The notes: generated by a model not told the origin, from the letters alone. 64,000 nucleotides of DNA from Felis catus (GCF_018350175.1 NC_058368.1:103356001-103420000); one strand, 5' to 3'. Counted from the first letter of the stretch, positions 51,125 to 63,830 are shown. A program made the numbers and translations.

Positions 51125-51496
51125 TGGGATGGACTGAATGTTTGTATCCTCTCTTCTCAAATTCACATGTTGAAGCCCTAACCCCCAATGTAATGGCATT
51201 TGGAGGTGGGGCCTTTGGGAAATAGTTAGGTTTAGATGAAGTCATGAGAGTAGATCCCCATGCTAGAGACCTCTTCTTGTAAGAAGAGGAAGAGAGACGA
51301 GAGCTCTCTCTCTTCCAACCACTGGGAGGACAGGTGGCCACCTACAAGCCTGGAAGACAGTTTTCACCAGGAAGTTAAGCTGCCAGCACCTTGATTTTGG
51401 ATTTCCAGCCTCCAGAACTACAAAAAAGAAAATATCTGTTGTTTAAGCCATCCAGTCTCGAGTATTTTGTTATAGCAGCCTGAGCTGGTTAATACA
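51125..51496 (+). mobile_element. MaLR solo LTR (MLT1A-like)
   Basis: ATGGACTGAATGTTTGT, CCTAACCCCCAATGTAATGGCATTTGGAGGTGGGGCCTTTGGGA, CCAGCCTCCAGAACT, TTGTTATAGCAGCC...AATACA. Confidence 0.92.
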
Positions 51497-52299
51497 GCAT
51501 ATACTTAGGAGAGCTGGAAACAAAAAAATTCTCACCCCCACTACATGTAATCAAAGTTGTTCAAAACTCCATTCCGGGTCATCTTTATTCTGGGACTTGA
51601 GTTGATGGATCATGCACTACATGCAAATTTCTGACTATTGTTGTAAATGGAAAGAACTCTGAAGGATCCCCCACTGACAGTAAATGAGCCAGCCCCAAAG
51701 TGACATCATCAATTCCACTCACAAATTATTGACCATAAATAATTATCAGTCACATTACTTCTTCCAATCACATGAGAGTCAAGAAGTACAATCTTACTAT
51801 ATGCCTGCAAAGCTGATGGATTAATTTTGGTGCCAATCAAAATTAATGACTGCTATATGATCAGACTTAAATATTTTAACTATTATAGTATTTTATAACC
51901 GTTCTTTGGAAAAAAAAACCCAATGATTTATCAATATGTTATGACCCTAAAAATGCTATATATTTTTCCCTTCCCTAAATTTATAATTCTAGGTTAAAAC
52001 TAACTGTGGATATCAAATTTTTCTGAGCAAAATAGCAAATTAAAGTAGGTGGCAGGGACGAAGGATGGAAGGATGTAAGGAAGGAAAGAAAGGAAGGAGA
52101 GACAGGGAAAGAAGAAATACAAAGCCAGAAAAATAGCCTCAAGAAGTAACCAACATTTCTACCTAGAGTTTAAGATGAGTGCTTCCCAGGAAAATTGTCA
52201 GGTACATCTAAGTTTAATAATGCTATCATACTTCGGATTGCTTCTACAATTGGAGCTCCATGTTCTTCCTACAATTATCTCTTAGAGATGGCACACTCA

Positions 52300-52716
52300 A
52301 ACTGACAGTTTTACCAAAAGATGTAGGTAGGTTTGGGAGAAAACAAATATTGTAGATCCTTGGGGCAAGCAATAAAGGGAAGTCATTTAACCCCCTTAGG
52401 CATGAATGGACAAGAGGAACGAACAGCTAAATTAGGGAGAACAGCTATATAAAGAGTTCCACCTAATAAAAACCACAGGCCTTAGTAAAGAAATGCTTAC
52501 AATTTCTACAGACTCCATAAAGAGGAAATTAGATGAATATCCTTACTTTATTTTCATCCCAAACCAATCACCAGTCAATAATCCCACTGGCCAACTTACA
52601 GCCAGAGTACAAGGAAGCAGGCTTTTATAGTCTGTGTACTTCAGCCTTCCAGAGCAAAATACAGAGTGGAAAAATAGTAGTAAGTAGATCAGAAGAGGCA
52701 ACCAGACGTTATACAC
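52300..52716 (-). mobile_element. Probable old ERVL-class LTR fragment
   Basis: CCCACTGGCCAA...CCAGAGTACAAGGAAGC...TCAGCCTTCCAG...GTAGATCAGAAGAGGCAA resembles an antisense ERVL LTR terminus. Confidence 0.4.
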
Positions 52717-53649
52717 AGCTTATAAATCTTAGCTGTATCTCAGTTACCAAAGAGGAGGGTACTCGCTTCACCTTCACCAACTCCCAAAGATAATTCATTT
52801 GGCGTGAAAATGTGATGTCACATGGATCCCCCAAAATATTTTTCTTGAGAACAACAGGCTTCCTTTCAGGTAAAATCTATCCTGATTTCATAGCATTGCC
52901 TCTTGAGAGAGACTTCAGTTTTCTAGATACATGTGACACTTGATGTTGCCATTTTCAGTGATAGGGGTGATGTTTTTGCCAGTAAACATTCTTACCAAAA
53001 TAGGAAAATGTGCTATTATTCCTCATCTTTGCCAATAACAGAGAAAAGGAAGTTTGCCAACTCCCACCTGAAAAATCTAGATCTGTATAAACTTACCTCA
53101 CTGAATTGGGCTTAAAGGCATGAGCCAACCGGGAGAGCCTAGGCAGTCATCAACTAACTCAATTGCAAATAAAGGTAACAATGGTTGGAAGGAATTCAGT
53201 ACCAGGATGTTGCTGCAGAAACAGATATCAGATAAGTGGTCATTGCACAGATACAAACCTAGGCCCCACCTCTAATGAAAGTGATTACAGACACTAGGGG
53301 CAGTCAGGCAGAGCTCTCTGAATGACAAGTCCTTTAAATTGTTGGGAAGAAGAGAGAAAATATCTTAAGACCAAGTGGTATCAACTTTGATTTTTAAAAA
53401 TCTCCACTGCCTTCCATGTTGCTAGTTCTACCCCACGTTTCTTAGCTGGGGAAACAGACGCAGACAGATCTAACACACCCTCTAAGCATATCTATTAGGA
53501 GAAGTGGTGGGCTGATAAGCCCATGTGGAAATACACAAAGATACTACCAGTTTGCTTTTCCAAGAAGATAGAAAATCTTTACAATTTTTTACTACAGTTG
53601 AGAAAGAAATGTGGAAAACTAGAACTTATGCATTTTATGTCAATACATA

Positions 53650-53828
53650 GCACAAGTTTTGAAACCTGGCCATATTGTAGAATCACCATGAAAATCTTCA
53701 AAAATGCCCATGTCCTGGCTCAGCTTCCAGAGATTCTGATGAAAATGGTGTCACGTACAATCAGCCACTGGTATTTTTTGAAAGCTTTCCAGGTGAAGCT
53801 AAGAACATTCAAGCTTGCAAATCACTAC
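53650..53828. mobile_element. MER5-like hAT-Charlie element
   Basis: TAGAATCACC...CCAGAGATTCTGAT...TTTCCAGGTGA...AAATCACT. Confidence 0.65.
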
Positions 53829-53951
53829 ATGCAGGAATAGAATTCTATCAAGTTCATGAAACTGTTCTTTAGATATTTGCTAAGAAGGCAAAGAGGAAGA
53901 CAAATCTGTTCAATAAGCAAGAGCCATGTCAAGACTTGAAAAGATCTTTTA

Positions 53952-54160
53952 TTTATTTTTTTAATGTTTGTTTATTTTTGAGAGAGAGAAACAGAATGTG
54001 AGCAGGGGAGGGGCAGAGAAAGAGGGAAACACAGAATCAGAAGCAGGCTCCAGGCTCTGAGCTGTCAGCACAGAGCCCAACATGGGGCTCGAACCACGAA
54101 CCGTGATAACATGACCTGAGCTGAAGTCGGACGCTTACCGACTGAGCCACCCAGGCACCG
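53952..54160 (-). mobile_element. Feliform CAN-SINE (SINEC_Fc2-like)
   Basis: Full length; perfect TSD GAAAAGATCTTTTA (53938-53951, 54161-54174). Confidence 0.97.
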
Positions 54161-54229
54161 GAAAAGATCTTTTAAAGAGGTGAATTCTGAGAAAGTTTCA
54201 CAATGATCTGTAGAAGGCAATAAAGGATA

Positions 54230-54440
54230 ATGTTTTAGAGCATGTACTTTAGAATTAGAACAACTTGACTTTGCCTTTCATCTTTGCTATTCACTAGGTT
54301 GGTAATTTCAGAAACTGTCCACATCTGTGAAAATGAATATAATATCATCTACCTTGTGGAGTGTCTATGAGCTTGTGTGTGAGCATTAAACGCAGTCAAG
54401 TATGTAAATCGTCATCACACAGCCTCTGCTCATTAACTGA
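54230..54440 (+). mobile_element. MIR
   Basis: ACTTTAGAATTAGA...CACATCTGTGAAAATG...ATCTACCT...GAGCATTAAA. Confidence 0.6.
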
Positions 54441-56507
54441 CATTTCCTTTTCACATCCAACCATATTCCAAGCCCAGCTCCTTTACAGAGACACCTGCAT
54501 AATACTGACAGCCACCTACAATCAAAAACATAAAGTGCTAAAATAACCCAAGGGGCTTTATCACAAGAGCTAAGATATAAAATTTGTGATCTAAACAGAA
54601 AATTACAGCTGAAACCAAGCTATCATTTTCAAGATGCACTCCTTAATTCAAAAGCAAGCTTAGTCATCAGCTTACATATTCCTAAAATCTATCACTTTGG
54701 TCTAGACTGAACTGTATATAAAGAAAAATTAAGAGAATTTACTGCAATCCTATAATGTTAAAATAAGGCCATCCTGAAAGAAACACAGGAGAAATACAAA
54801 CCTCATATAACATATTGAAAGATTATCCCTGATCTCATTTTCACAACTTGAGTAGTTCAAAAAATTCTCAAGAGCAATCTCTTCCAAAGAAAAACATTCA
54901 TGTTATAACCCTCCTTCCACACACGAAACCCAAAGAGGTGGGGTCAAACTTTATTAAAACTCTGAGCTGTGTGGAGATGGTTGCATATAACTTGAGCCCT
55001 GCATATCCAACGAACAGGTTTTGTTATGTCAATAAAAGATCTCCTTGGCCATCGTCTTTCCAAAGTTACAACCGGAATGGGAGGCATGCTATCCATGACT
55101 CCAGCCTCTAAAAATATTTCCTTACAGAACAGTCTCTCTGTAAGACAGATCAGTTTGCTTCAGTCCCCCCCTGCTCTATGCCTCACGTGGGAGTACTTGC
55201 AAATAGAGCGCCTGGAGGGATCAACACAGTTTTCTAAAGCAAACATAACACAAGTGCTATTCATGGGTTACACACTCCACAGCTGTAATATGAAATGTGT
55301 AGGAGCAGCCCCTAATGGCATTCAAATCATGTACTAACAGTTCTCAAGTGTCAGGTGTTTTTCATTTTCTAGCAAGGGGAAGAGATATTCACGTGCTGAT
55401 TTCCTACACTGAACAGCTTTGTAACCCCCGCAGAGTGAAGGCGCACTGTGTTTCTGAGACTCTATTATGTCAGATGAATGCCACAGTTAGATCCCGGAAA
55501 GGACATGTGATCCGAGTTTAGATTCTTTTTTTTTTTTACCCCTGCCATCTCTCAGCATTTCAGTGGCATGGATTTTGTGTATATGCATGGAAGAAAACTT
55601 ATAGAGCATGTATCAATGTTAAATTTCACATAAAAGAATGAGCACACATAGTTTTCTATCTGGGTATAATTTAATACTTCTGGATACACTTTGATCTTAT
55701 TGAAGGTTTGCATTGTCAAAATGGCCTCTTGCAGTGCCCCAGATGGCTGCCTGTCAAACCCAAGCATCAAGCTCACTATAAATAGTGTGGGTTCTCATTG
55801 CAACAATGAAATTCACATTATACATGCAGAGGGAATTAAGATACATTTTATTTACTTAGCCTTTTTTTCCCCTTTACTTCAAATATGACTTGGTCATAGA
55901 ACATAACAAAGAATATTATAACATACTTTAAGAACACAAAAAGGCACATTTATTATACATGTTGGATCAAAAATTTCAACTTAGATGAGAATGTATGAGA
56001 GACTGGAGTATTTACCACTAGAATATTATCTAAATATGTGGAATTCACTGAAATCTGAAACATATTTTAGCAAACACTTCTTCCATTACATTTGAAGCTG
56101 CATATTTCAAAGTTATTCACTCCATTTGTTCCAAATTCATCTATATTAACCTCATTAGGACTGTGTTTTGTAAACAAAAATCTTGACGTGCAAGAAGACT
56201 TAGTCTCTTTAAAGCCATTTATCTAGATTTCAGAAGGTGACTGGAACTTGAGGTTAAAACAGAGTTCCTTTTCATGCTAAATTGTACACATCTCCTTTAA
56301 GAGTAAATGAACACATGATTTCATTGTCTGAACATAACAAATGGATATATACGTACTAAAAACTACATACGAATACCTGGTATTCAATTAAACATATATG
56401 AAAGAAAGAATTTAACAGGATTTTTGAAAAATTGCTGAGGCAACCATGTGAAAAGTAGCTATAGAGAGATTCTAGGTCCATAATTTTAGTTAAAAAATAT
56501 TTATTCA

Positions 56508-56710
56508 GGGGTGCCTGGGTGGCTCAGTTGGTTAAGCGTCCAGCTCTCGGTTTCGGCTCCAGTCATGATCTCACAGTTCATGAGTTCGAGCCCTGCGTCG
56601 GGCTCCGCACTGGTGGTATGGAGCCTGCTTGGGATTCCTTCTCTGTCCCTCTCTCTCTGCCCCTCCCCTGCTTGTGCTCTTTCTCTCAAAATAAATAAAA
56701 TAAAACTTTA
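56508..56710 (+). mobile_element. CAN-SINE
   Basis: Full length; TSD AAAAAATATTTATTC. Confidence 0.96.
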
Positions 56711-58090
56711 AAAAAATATTTATTCGGATGGCATTAAGAACACACTTTCAGGGTAAATGAAGAAAAAATGTGGGGTTTTTTTCCCCTCTATAATCAATGT
56801 CACTGTCTTGTAGTCCTGTTTTCTAGGCCCAAGCAAGCTGGATTCCTGAGGAGGAGCCTGGGGTCACACATATTAAATAATCAACAACTCTATAAATGAT
56901 AGCTACATACATACCTGCGTCTTGTAAACAGCTTTGGTCACAGAGGGAGTAAGAATCTAAACAAGAGGGAAAAATAACATCTAAGTGCATTTAGGTATCT
57001 TCATATAAGTAAAATCTAGAGTCTGTGAAGACAGAAACAGTGAATTTGGTGAGGACTGGCATAGAATATGCCTGACATTTAAGTAAGAACATGGATGCCA
57101 GTATGTGGAGACACAGTGGAGGGTCCTATTCACTGTTCTGTCCCCACTCCAGGAATATTCACCCCTGGCCCTCAGGAATGGAGAGGACACAGGATATGAT
57201 AGAATCACCAAGCCCTGCCCTTTCGCAACTTTGAAATCTCGAGCAAGTTAACTAACCTCTCCAACTGTTTCTTGCCACGAAAAAGTAATTAAGATACATG
57301 CCTACATTTGCCACCTGATTGTGAAGACTGACATGGTGTATCCAATGTGTCTATCATGTAGGAGTTGAAAAAAAATACATAGATATTATTATAAATTTAA
57401 TAAATCTGCCTTCTGACAGTTACCTTACACATTAACACAGGATATATCAGAAAGGAGGTCATCAAAGGCACCATTAAGATAAATTTGCATGTAACATTAT
57501 CAAAAAACAGTGACTTCTTGCACAAAATAACACATTAACACACGGTCAGAAATGAACACTGTTCAAAGGGGATGAATTTTATTCAGCAGAAATTCCTCAT
57601 GAGGAAATCTGGATATGGGAGCAATAAGACCACCACATGCTTCCTTCTCTGAGAGCAACATGGACAGACAAGGGTGATTTAGCAGAGCTCTTAGGTCTGC
57701 AGACCATCACTAGGTTCTAGTCACGATCTGATCGCACTACGTACACTAATGTGCACACCGCCATGTAACATATTCTAGGACAATGTGCAATCATTTCCAT
57801 CTGTACTGTGAGTCACTTACATCCACCACCATCACCATCAAAATTCTCCAAGTGCTTTCCAAAGGGAACTGCTGAGTCGGCATGTCTTATTAGGACTAAT
57901 GTCAATACAGAACTAGTTAATGTATTAGGGATAATCTAACTGGTTCCGAGAAAACACAGGAAGGATTGCTCTGGGAATAAAAAGAAGTCAAAATCTTTGG
58001 GGCTTAAAATCCTTAATTTCCTTATCCCACCCAACCAGAACCTATATTGGAATTTAAGTAGGAGTGTATTTGATAAATTCATTTTCTGTC

Positions 58091-58140
58091 AAAAAAAAAA
58101 AAAAAAAAAAAGAGACAGAGAGAGAGAGAGAGGAGAGAGT
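58091..58140. repeat. Poly(A) followed by (AG)n
   Basis: About 21 A then an AG run. Confidence 0.9.
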
Positions 58141-59395
58141 TTAAAAACCATCTGCCTGGTCCCACATTTCATGCTACAGATGCTGAAACTGACTCTGGTG
58201 GCTGGGTGGTATCCTCAAACTCGTGGGGACAGTAAGTGGCCGACATGATCCCACCCCGGTTTCACATACTGAATTCAATCATCCTTTACCTATACCACGC
58301 TGTGTTTCACCTATTCCCTCCATATCAAAGCAAATATGTACATTTCCCTTAATAGGCACTGAAGTTATCCTGACAGGCACCCAAGCTTAAAGACTGAACT
58401 TCAGTTCACCAAAGTTTTCTAACATTTCTCGGTAGTTTATTTTTACCCCACATGTCAGACATGGATTAAACAAAAAGTAAATAAAGACTAAGAATGGCAG
58501 CTTTCTAAGGGGTGTTACTGCTCCTCCCTCCTCTTTCCACCCCTCAGACTCAAAGAGATGAAAACAGTATGAGTATTCAAGAAGCAAAATGGTATCTGTT
58601 GGTTTTCTGCTGGCTTGCTTAATGCTAGTCAAGGAAGAAGGCCCTTTTGGAAGAGGGTTGTGTCCAAGAAACTGCAGGCTCACAATTCAAAGATGACTTC
58701 ACACAAAGAACTTCTTCATTATTTAGGAGGTTCATGGAAGTGGTAAGACAGCCAGACGCTTGGACTGCTGGCCCCAGACAGGAGTCCTTCCACCTAGGCT
58801 CAGGGTCTTATTCCATAATATGCCTATTGAGTGCTTCCCACCTACTATCTCTTCTCTTTGATTTCCTTCCCTTAACAGATGGTTCTTATGTGCACTCTAA
58901 ATTTTCTCTGCGTGCCATCTCAGTCTCTGGCTTATGTTTCAAACTTACAACACACGAAACTAAAGACCTAGCTGTCTGGCTTAAATATTTCACACATAAA
59001 CATATTTTCCTTTCCTATGCATGTGTGTTCTGAGCACTAGAGACAGCTTTCTACTTTCTCTCTTTTGCCCATTTCATTATCCGTACTACTAACAAATACA
59101 GTCACAGGGCCTGTCAAAGGATGACGGAGCAGTTCATAATATCACGCGTATTTGAAGGGGGGAGATGAAAGGGAACTCTGAAAGGAAAACACCTCTTCCC
59201 AAATGTGTCGCTACCTTTCTCTCCTTACCCGTATGTCTCCAGGCCCCGTGCATCTCTGTGGCAGAGGCTCTCTCCACACATCCTTTTCTTTCTATGCCTG
59301 AACGACCCCTCAACCAAAACTTACCACAGTTTATCAGAACTAGTGCAACAGCTTCCTGCTTCTTCTGCTTCTTTTCTCTCTTTTAACAGTCATTT

Positions 59396-59612
59396 TTTTT
59401 TATTTTTTTTAACGTTTATTTATTTTTGAGACAGAGAGAGACAGAGCATGAACGGGGGAGGGGCAGAGAGAGAGGGAGACACAGAATCGGAAACAGGCTC
59501 CAGGCTCCGAGCCATCAGCACAGAGCCTGACACGGGGCTGGAACTCACGGACCGCGAGATCATGACCTGGCTGAAGTTGGACGCTCAACCGACTGAGCCA
59601 CCCAGGTGCCCC
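59396..59612 (-). mobile_element. Young feline CAN-SINE
   Basis: Full length with CpGs retained; perfect TSD TTAACAGTCATTT (59383-59395, 59613-59625). Confidence 0.97.
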
Positions 59613-59870
59613 TTAACAGTCATTTCTAAATAGCTCCATCATCTCTGTGAAGCTCAGTCTGACCTACCTTCCAGGCCAAACACAAATGGTGCCTTCTTCC
59701 CAATGGCTTCCTTTTACCTAAAAGTACTGCTCATTCTTTTGGGTGCCCACAGCAATCTGTCTGTATTTCTACTCTGGCAATTGTGGGAGGTGGAATGAAA
59801 GCCATCTCAGACTAACTGCCTAAAAAAAAGCCTCCCTGATAGGCAATGGCCACATCCTGGGTATAGTCTT

Positions 59871-60292
59871 TGTTATGGATTGAACTGTGCCCGCCCCACC
59901 CTCCAATCATGGTTTGAAGTTTTCATCCCCAGTAGCTCAGAATGTGACCTTACTTGGAAACAGGGGTTTTAAAGATGTAATTAAGTACAGATGAGGTCAT
60001 TAGTGTGGGCCCTAATGCAGTATGAGGGATGTACTTATGAGGGTAAATTAGAACACAGAGACAGAAATGCATAAAGGGAAAATGATGTGAAAAAAGTTCA
60101 AGAAGAAAATTATCTGCATGCCAAGGACAGAAGTCTGGAACAGATGCTGGCCACAAGGCCCTCAGGATGAACCAACTGGCCTACACTCTGATTCCAGACT
60201 TCTAGCATCCAGAACTGTGAGACAATAAATTCCTATTTTTAAACCATCCGGTCTGTGATGCTTTGTTACTGCAGCCCTAGCAAACTAATACA
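59871..60292 (+). mobile_element. MaLR solo LTR (MLT1B-like), complete TG...CA
   Basis: TGTTATGGATTGAACTGTG start, CAGAATGTGACCTTA, end GCAGCCCTAGCAAACTAATACA; degenerate 5-bp TSD GTCTT/GCCCT. Confidence 0.93.
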
Positions 60293-61055
60293 GCCCTCAC
60301 TCTTGCAGCCTCAGAAGCTACATTTTTTCAGGGTCTTTCACGTATTCAGACTTAGGGATACCAACTCACATTAAAAACAAGACAAAACCAAGAGACTAAT
60401 GTCTAAAGCCAAAATGTTAATTCACTCATTACACTAATAACTACAGTTGCTGATAGGATCACACACTTTCATCCTCTGGCCAGCACATGCTCTTTGAGCA
60501 ATCATACCACTTGGAACACCTAATCCTAATCACTGAATTGTACAGTGAACGTAAACTGAGAGCGAGCGAAATTAGCAACAGGATTCCAGAGTTCAAGACA
60601 TCAAGTTACCACGCTCACAGTATCTATTCAAATGACATGCGTGCTGGCAGGACCAATCAAATTAAATCCTTAAACTAGGTTATCTTTAACTTTATCCAGT
60701 GTTTCAAAGGGTGCAACAGCTAACAACGTAGGAAATAATACTGGCTTTCTTCCTAGCCCCCACTTCTCCTTTGGTCTTTTCTGATTTTGTTTTGGGGTCT
60801 AAGCATTCCCCTGCACCAGGATCATAACCATGCAATCTCACTCTTCAGTGACAGGCTCAATAATACAGACAGGTCAACCCTCCCACGGTCCTTCCCAGGC
60901 TCCCTGGGAAAGTGAGCACCTACTGAAAGTGAGGTCCTCCAGATAAAGGGAAGGATTGGAAGCAATGTATTCTTTGCTCTCTCTCTCCTGAATGTGAACA
61001 TGAAGCATGCCATCCTCATTATTCATGGGAACCTGTTAAAATATACTAATACTGT

Positions 61056-61484
61056 GGGGCACCTGGGTGGTTCAGTCCCTTAAGTGTCTGACTCTTATTT
61101 TTTTTAATGTTTGTATTTATTTTTGAGACAGACAGAGACAGAGCATGAGTGCAGGAGGGGCGGTGAGAGAGGGAGACATGGAATCCAAAACAGGCTTCAG
61201 GTTCTGAGCTGTCAGCACAGAGCCTGACACGGGGCTCCAACTCCTCAACTGTGAGATCGTGACCTGAGCCAAAGTCGGAAGCTAAACCAACTGAGCCACC
61301 CAGGCGCCCCTGAGTGTCTGTCTCGTGATTTCGGTTTGATCTCATGGTACGTGAGTTCAAGCTCTACATCAGGCTATACACTAACAGAGTGGAGCCTGCT
61401 TGGGATTCTCTCTCTCTCCCCCCCTCACACTCTGCCACTCCCCCGTGCACTCCCTCTCAAAAATAAACTTTAAAAATAAATAAA
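61056..61484 (+). mobile_element. CAN-SINE interrupted by an antisense SINE
   Basis: Head 61056-61094, remainder 61311-61484; TSD TAAAATATACT(A/G)ATA. Confidence 0.9.
61095..61310 (-). mobile_element. Feliform CAN-SINE nested in antisense
   Basis: Full length; TSD T(A/G)AGTGTCTG(A/T)CTC. Confidence 0.95.
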
Positions 61485-62183
61485 TAAAATATACTGATAT
61501 TACAATAGGCAAAGATTATAAATAGAAAGGATCTGAGTCCCAGATGTCATCAGGACTTTTTTTTTTATATATACTTTCTGTAACAATTGCAATTTATATT
61601 TTCTTTCTTTGGTTTGATAACATAAGCGGCAGTTTTATAGGTCAGGAAACCATTCTTTTTATGGGTATCTTGCTGAACCTTGATCTCATCTGTTTTGTGG
61701 GGATTTGTAGTGGAAATCTCACTAGGGAAACTGCTACGTAGCAGAAAACCTAGTGGAGATTCAACAGAAAAAGGCAAGCAAGTTAAACTCAGGGAGCGTG
61801 CATCCTAATTGAGAAGATACATGAAAACACATGAACCTATAAACAAAATACTGGATTGCAATTTATGGTATGGAGAAAATAAACAGGGTGCTGCTATAAA
61901 GAATGAGGACAGATCTTCTCTAGGTAGGGTGGCCATGAAAGCCTCTTAGAAGAACTTTAAGTGGAAATCCTACATTTATAGAAACCACTGCATGGTGGCC
62001 CCCATGTGCCACTCACAGAGTTTTTGCTTTTTATTATGTATCATTTACAGAATGTAGTGGATATCTGTCATTAATGGAGACGACCTGAATTATGAAGTCA
62101 TCTATTCATTTTAATGTTTGAGAAGCTCCTCTTTTTATGAAACCTAATGGTGGCAGCCACGATCACAGAACCCCAAAACTTTA

Positions 62184-63021
62184 CTTATTTACTTACTCAT
62201 ATACATTTATATCCAAATTAGTTACCATAGAGTGCAGTAATGATTTCAGGAGTGAAATCCAGTGATTCGTCCCCTGCAAATAACACCCAGTGCTCATCCC
62301 AGCAAGTGCCCTCCTTAATGCCCATCAACCATTTAGCCCATTCCCCCACCCAGAGCCCCTCCAGCAACCCTGTTTGTTCTCTGTATTTAAGAGTCTCTTA
62401 TGGTTTGTCCCCTTCCCTGTTTTTATATATATATTTTTGCTTCCCTTCCTTTATGTTCATCTGTTTTGTATCGTAAGTTCCTCATGAGTGACATTATATG
62501 ATATTTGTCTTTCTCTAACTGACTAATTTGACTTAGCATAATACACTCCAGTTCCATCCACGTTGTTGCAAACAGCAAAATTTCACTCTTTTTGAAGGTT
62601 GAGTAATACTCCATTGTGTGTGTGTGTGTATGTATATATATATATATATACATACACACACACCACATCTTCTTTATCCATTCATCAGTTGATGGACATT
62701 TGGGCTCCTCCCATACTTTGGCTCTTGTTGGTAGTGCTGCTATAAAATATAAACATTGCGGTGCATGTGTCCCTTCGAAACAGCACACCTGTATCCTGTG
62801 GATAAATGCCTAGTAGTGCAATTGCTGGGTCGTAGGGTAGTTCTATTTTTAGTTTTTTGAGGAAGGAACCTCCATACTGTTTTCCAGAGTGGCTACACCG
62901 GGCTGCAATCCCACCAGCAATGAAAAAGGGTTCCTCTTTCTCCGCATCCTTGCCAACATCTTTTATTGTCTGAGTTGTTAATTTTTGCCATTCTGATAGG
63001 TGTGAGGTGGCATCTCAGAGT
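62184..63021 (-). mobile_element. 5'-truncated carnivore L1 (ORF2 C-terminus and 3'UTR)
   Basis: ORF-track peptide FIAAL..AKVWEEPKCPSTDEWIKKMW...MEYYS..KKSEILLFATTWMELECIMLS is the L1 ORF2 end; perfect 16-bp TSD GAACCCCAAAACTTTA (62168-62183, 63022-63037). Confidence 0.96.
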
Positions 63022-63371
63022 GAACCCCAAAACTTTAGAAGACCACTTTCCCAAGTAGCTCTGCCAAGTGACTCAGAATCCACAAATCAGAGGCACACAC
63101 TTTGGCGTAGAAGCTCATACACGAACAAGTTCTCTCTGGTAGTGGGAGCTTCTCCCATGTTGGGACAGAAAGGGGGGTGGTTCCTTGATGACAAGCACAA
63201 GGTGTTAAGGGAAATATCCAGTCCTATTTCACACCAGGCCACCTGTGTGGTGTTTGAGGCATTATTTCCAAATATTTCATCTCTATTCTGGTTCTTCAGT
63301 TCCACCAAGGTTTCTAAGAGCTCCATAACATCCTTTAAGAAGACTCCTTTTCTGTTTAAAAGCTGGTTTCC

Positions 63372-63565
63372 TGTGGCATGTGGGTGGCTCAGTCCATTAG
63401 GCATCTGACTCTTGATTTTGGCTCAGGCCATGATCTCATGGTTCGTTAGTGAGTACAAGCCCCACGTGGATTCTCCTGGGAGAATCTCCTCTCTTTCTCT
63501 GTCTGTCCTGCTTGTGCACTCTCTCTTTCTCTCTCTCTCTCAAAAAAAAAAAATAAATAATTTTT
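63372..63565 (+). mobile_element. CAN-SINE (older, internally deleted)
   Basis: GGGTGGCTCAGTC...TGACTCTTGATTTTGGCTCAGG, CT tract, A-tail; TSD TTTAAAAG(C/T)TGG. Confidence 0.88.
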
Positions 63566-63699
63566 TTTTAAAAGTTGGATTTTGCTGCTTGCATTTAAGA
63601 GCCCTGTTTGACACATACGTCTCATGTCATATACCCAAGGATATCCAACGTCAAATTCATGAGGACGCTGGATTTTTGTTATTATTTTTTATCAACTAG

Positions 63700-63830
63700 T
63701 CACACTGCCTGACATACTTGGGTTCTTCAGAGCTTATCGGATAAATGATTTCTTGTATTTCAGTTTCCCTTTTAATATGAGGGATAAGATATAAAGAGGG
63801 TTGGATACATATTCTTTACCTTCTAAATAC
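63700..63830 (+). mobile_element. MIR fragment
   Basis: TTTCAGTTTCCCTTTTAATATGAGG...GGGTTGGA...CCTTCTA. Confidence 0.45.

Larger units (their letters stand above)
62145..63612 (+). mobile_element. Old MaLR LTR (MLT1J/K/L-like), split by an L1 and a SINE
   Basis: 3' end CCTTTTCTGTTTAAAAG[SINE]TTGGATTTTGCTGCTTGCA...AGAGCCCTG..TGACA resembles old MLT1 termini. Confidence 0.5.

Noticed and set aside
57593..57606. Perfect 14-bp palindrome TTCCTCATGAGGAA
   Set aside because: A few 7-bp-arm palindromes are expected by chance in 64 kb.
58647..59033. 128-aa ORF
   Set aside because: Non-ATG start and no recognisable protein features.
63007..63408. Protein-looking ORFs on both strands (133 aa and 105 aa)
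   Set aside because: They lie within a probable old MLT1 LTR and begin in L1 or SINE sequence; no homology is recognised.
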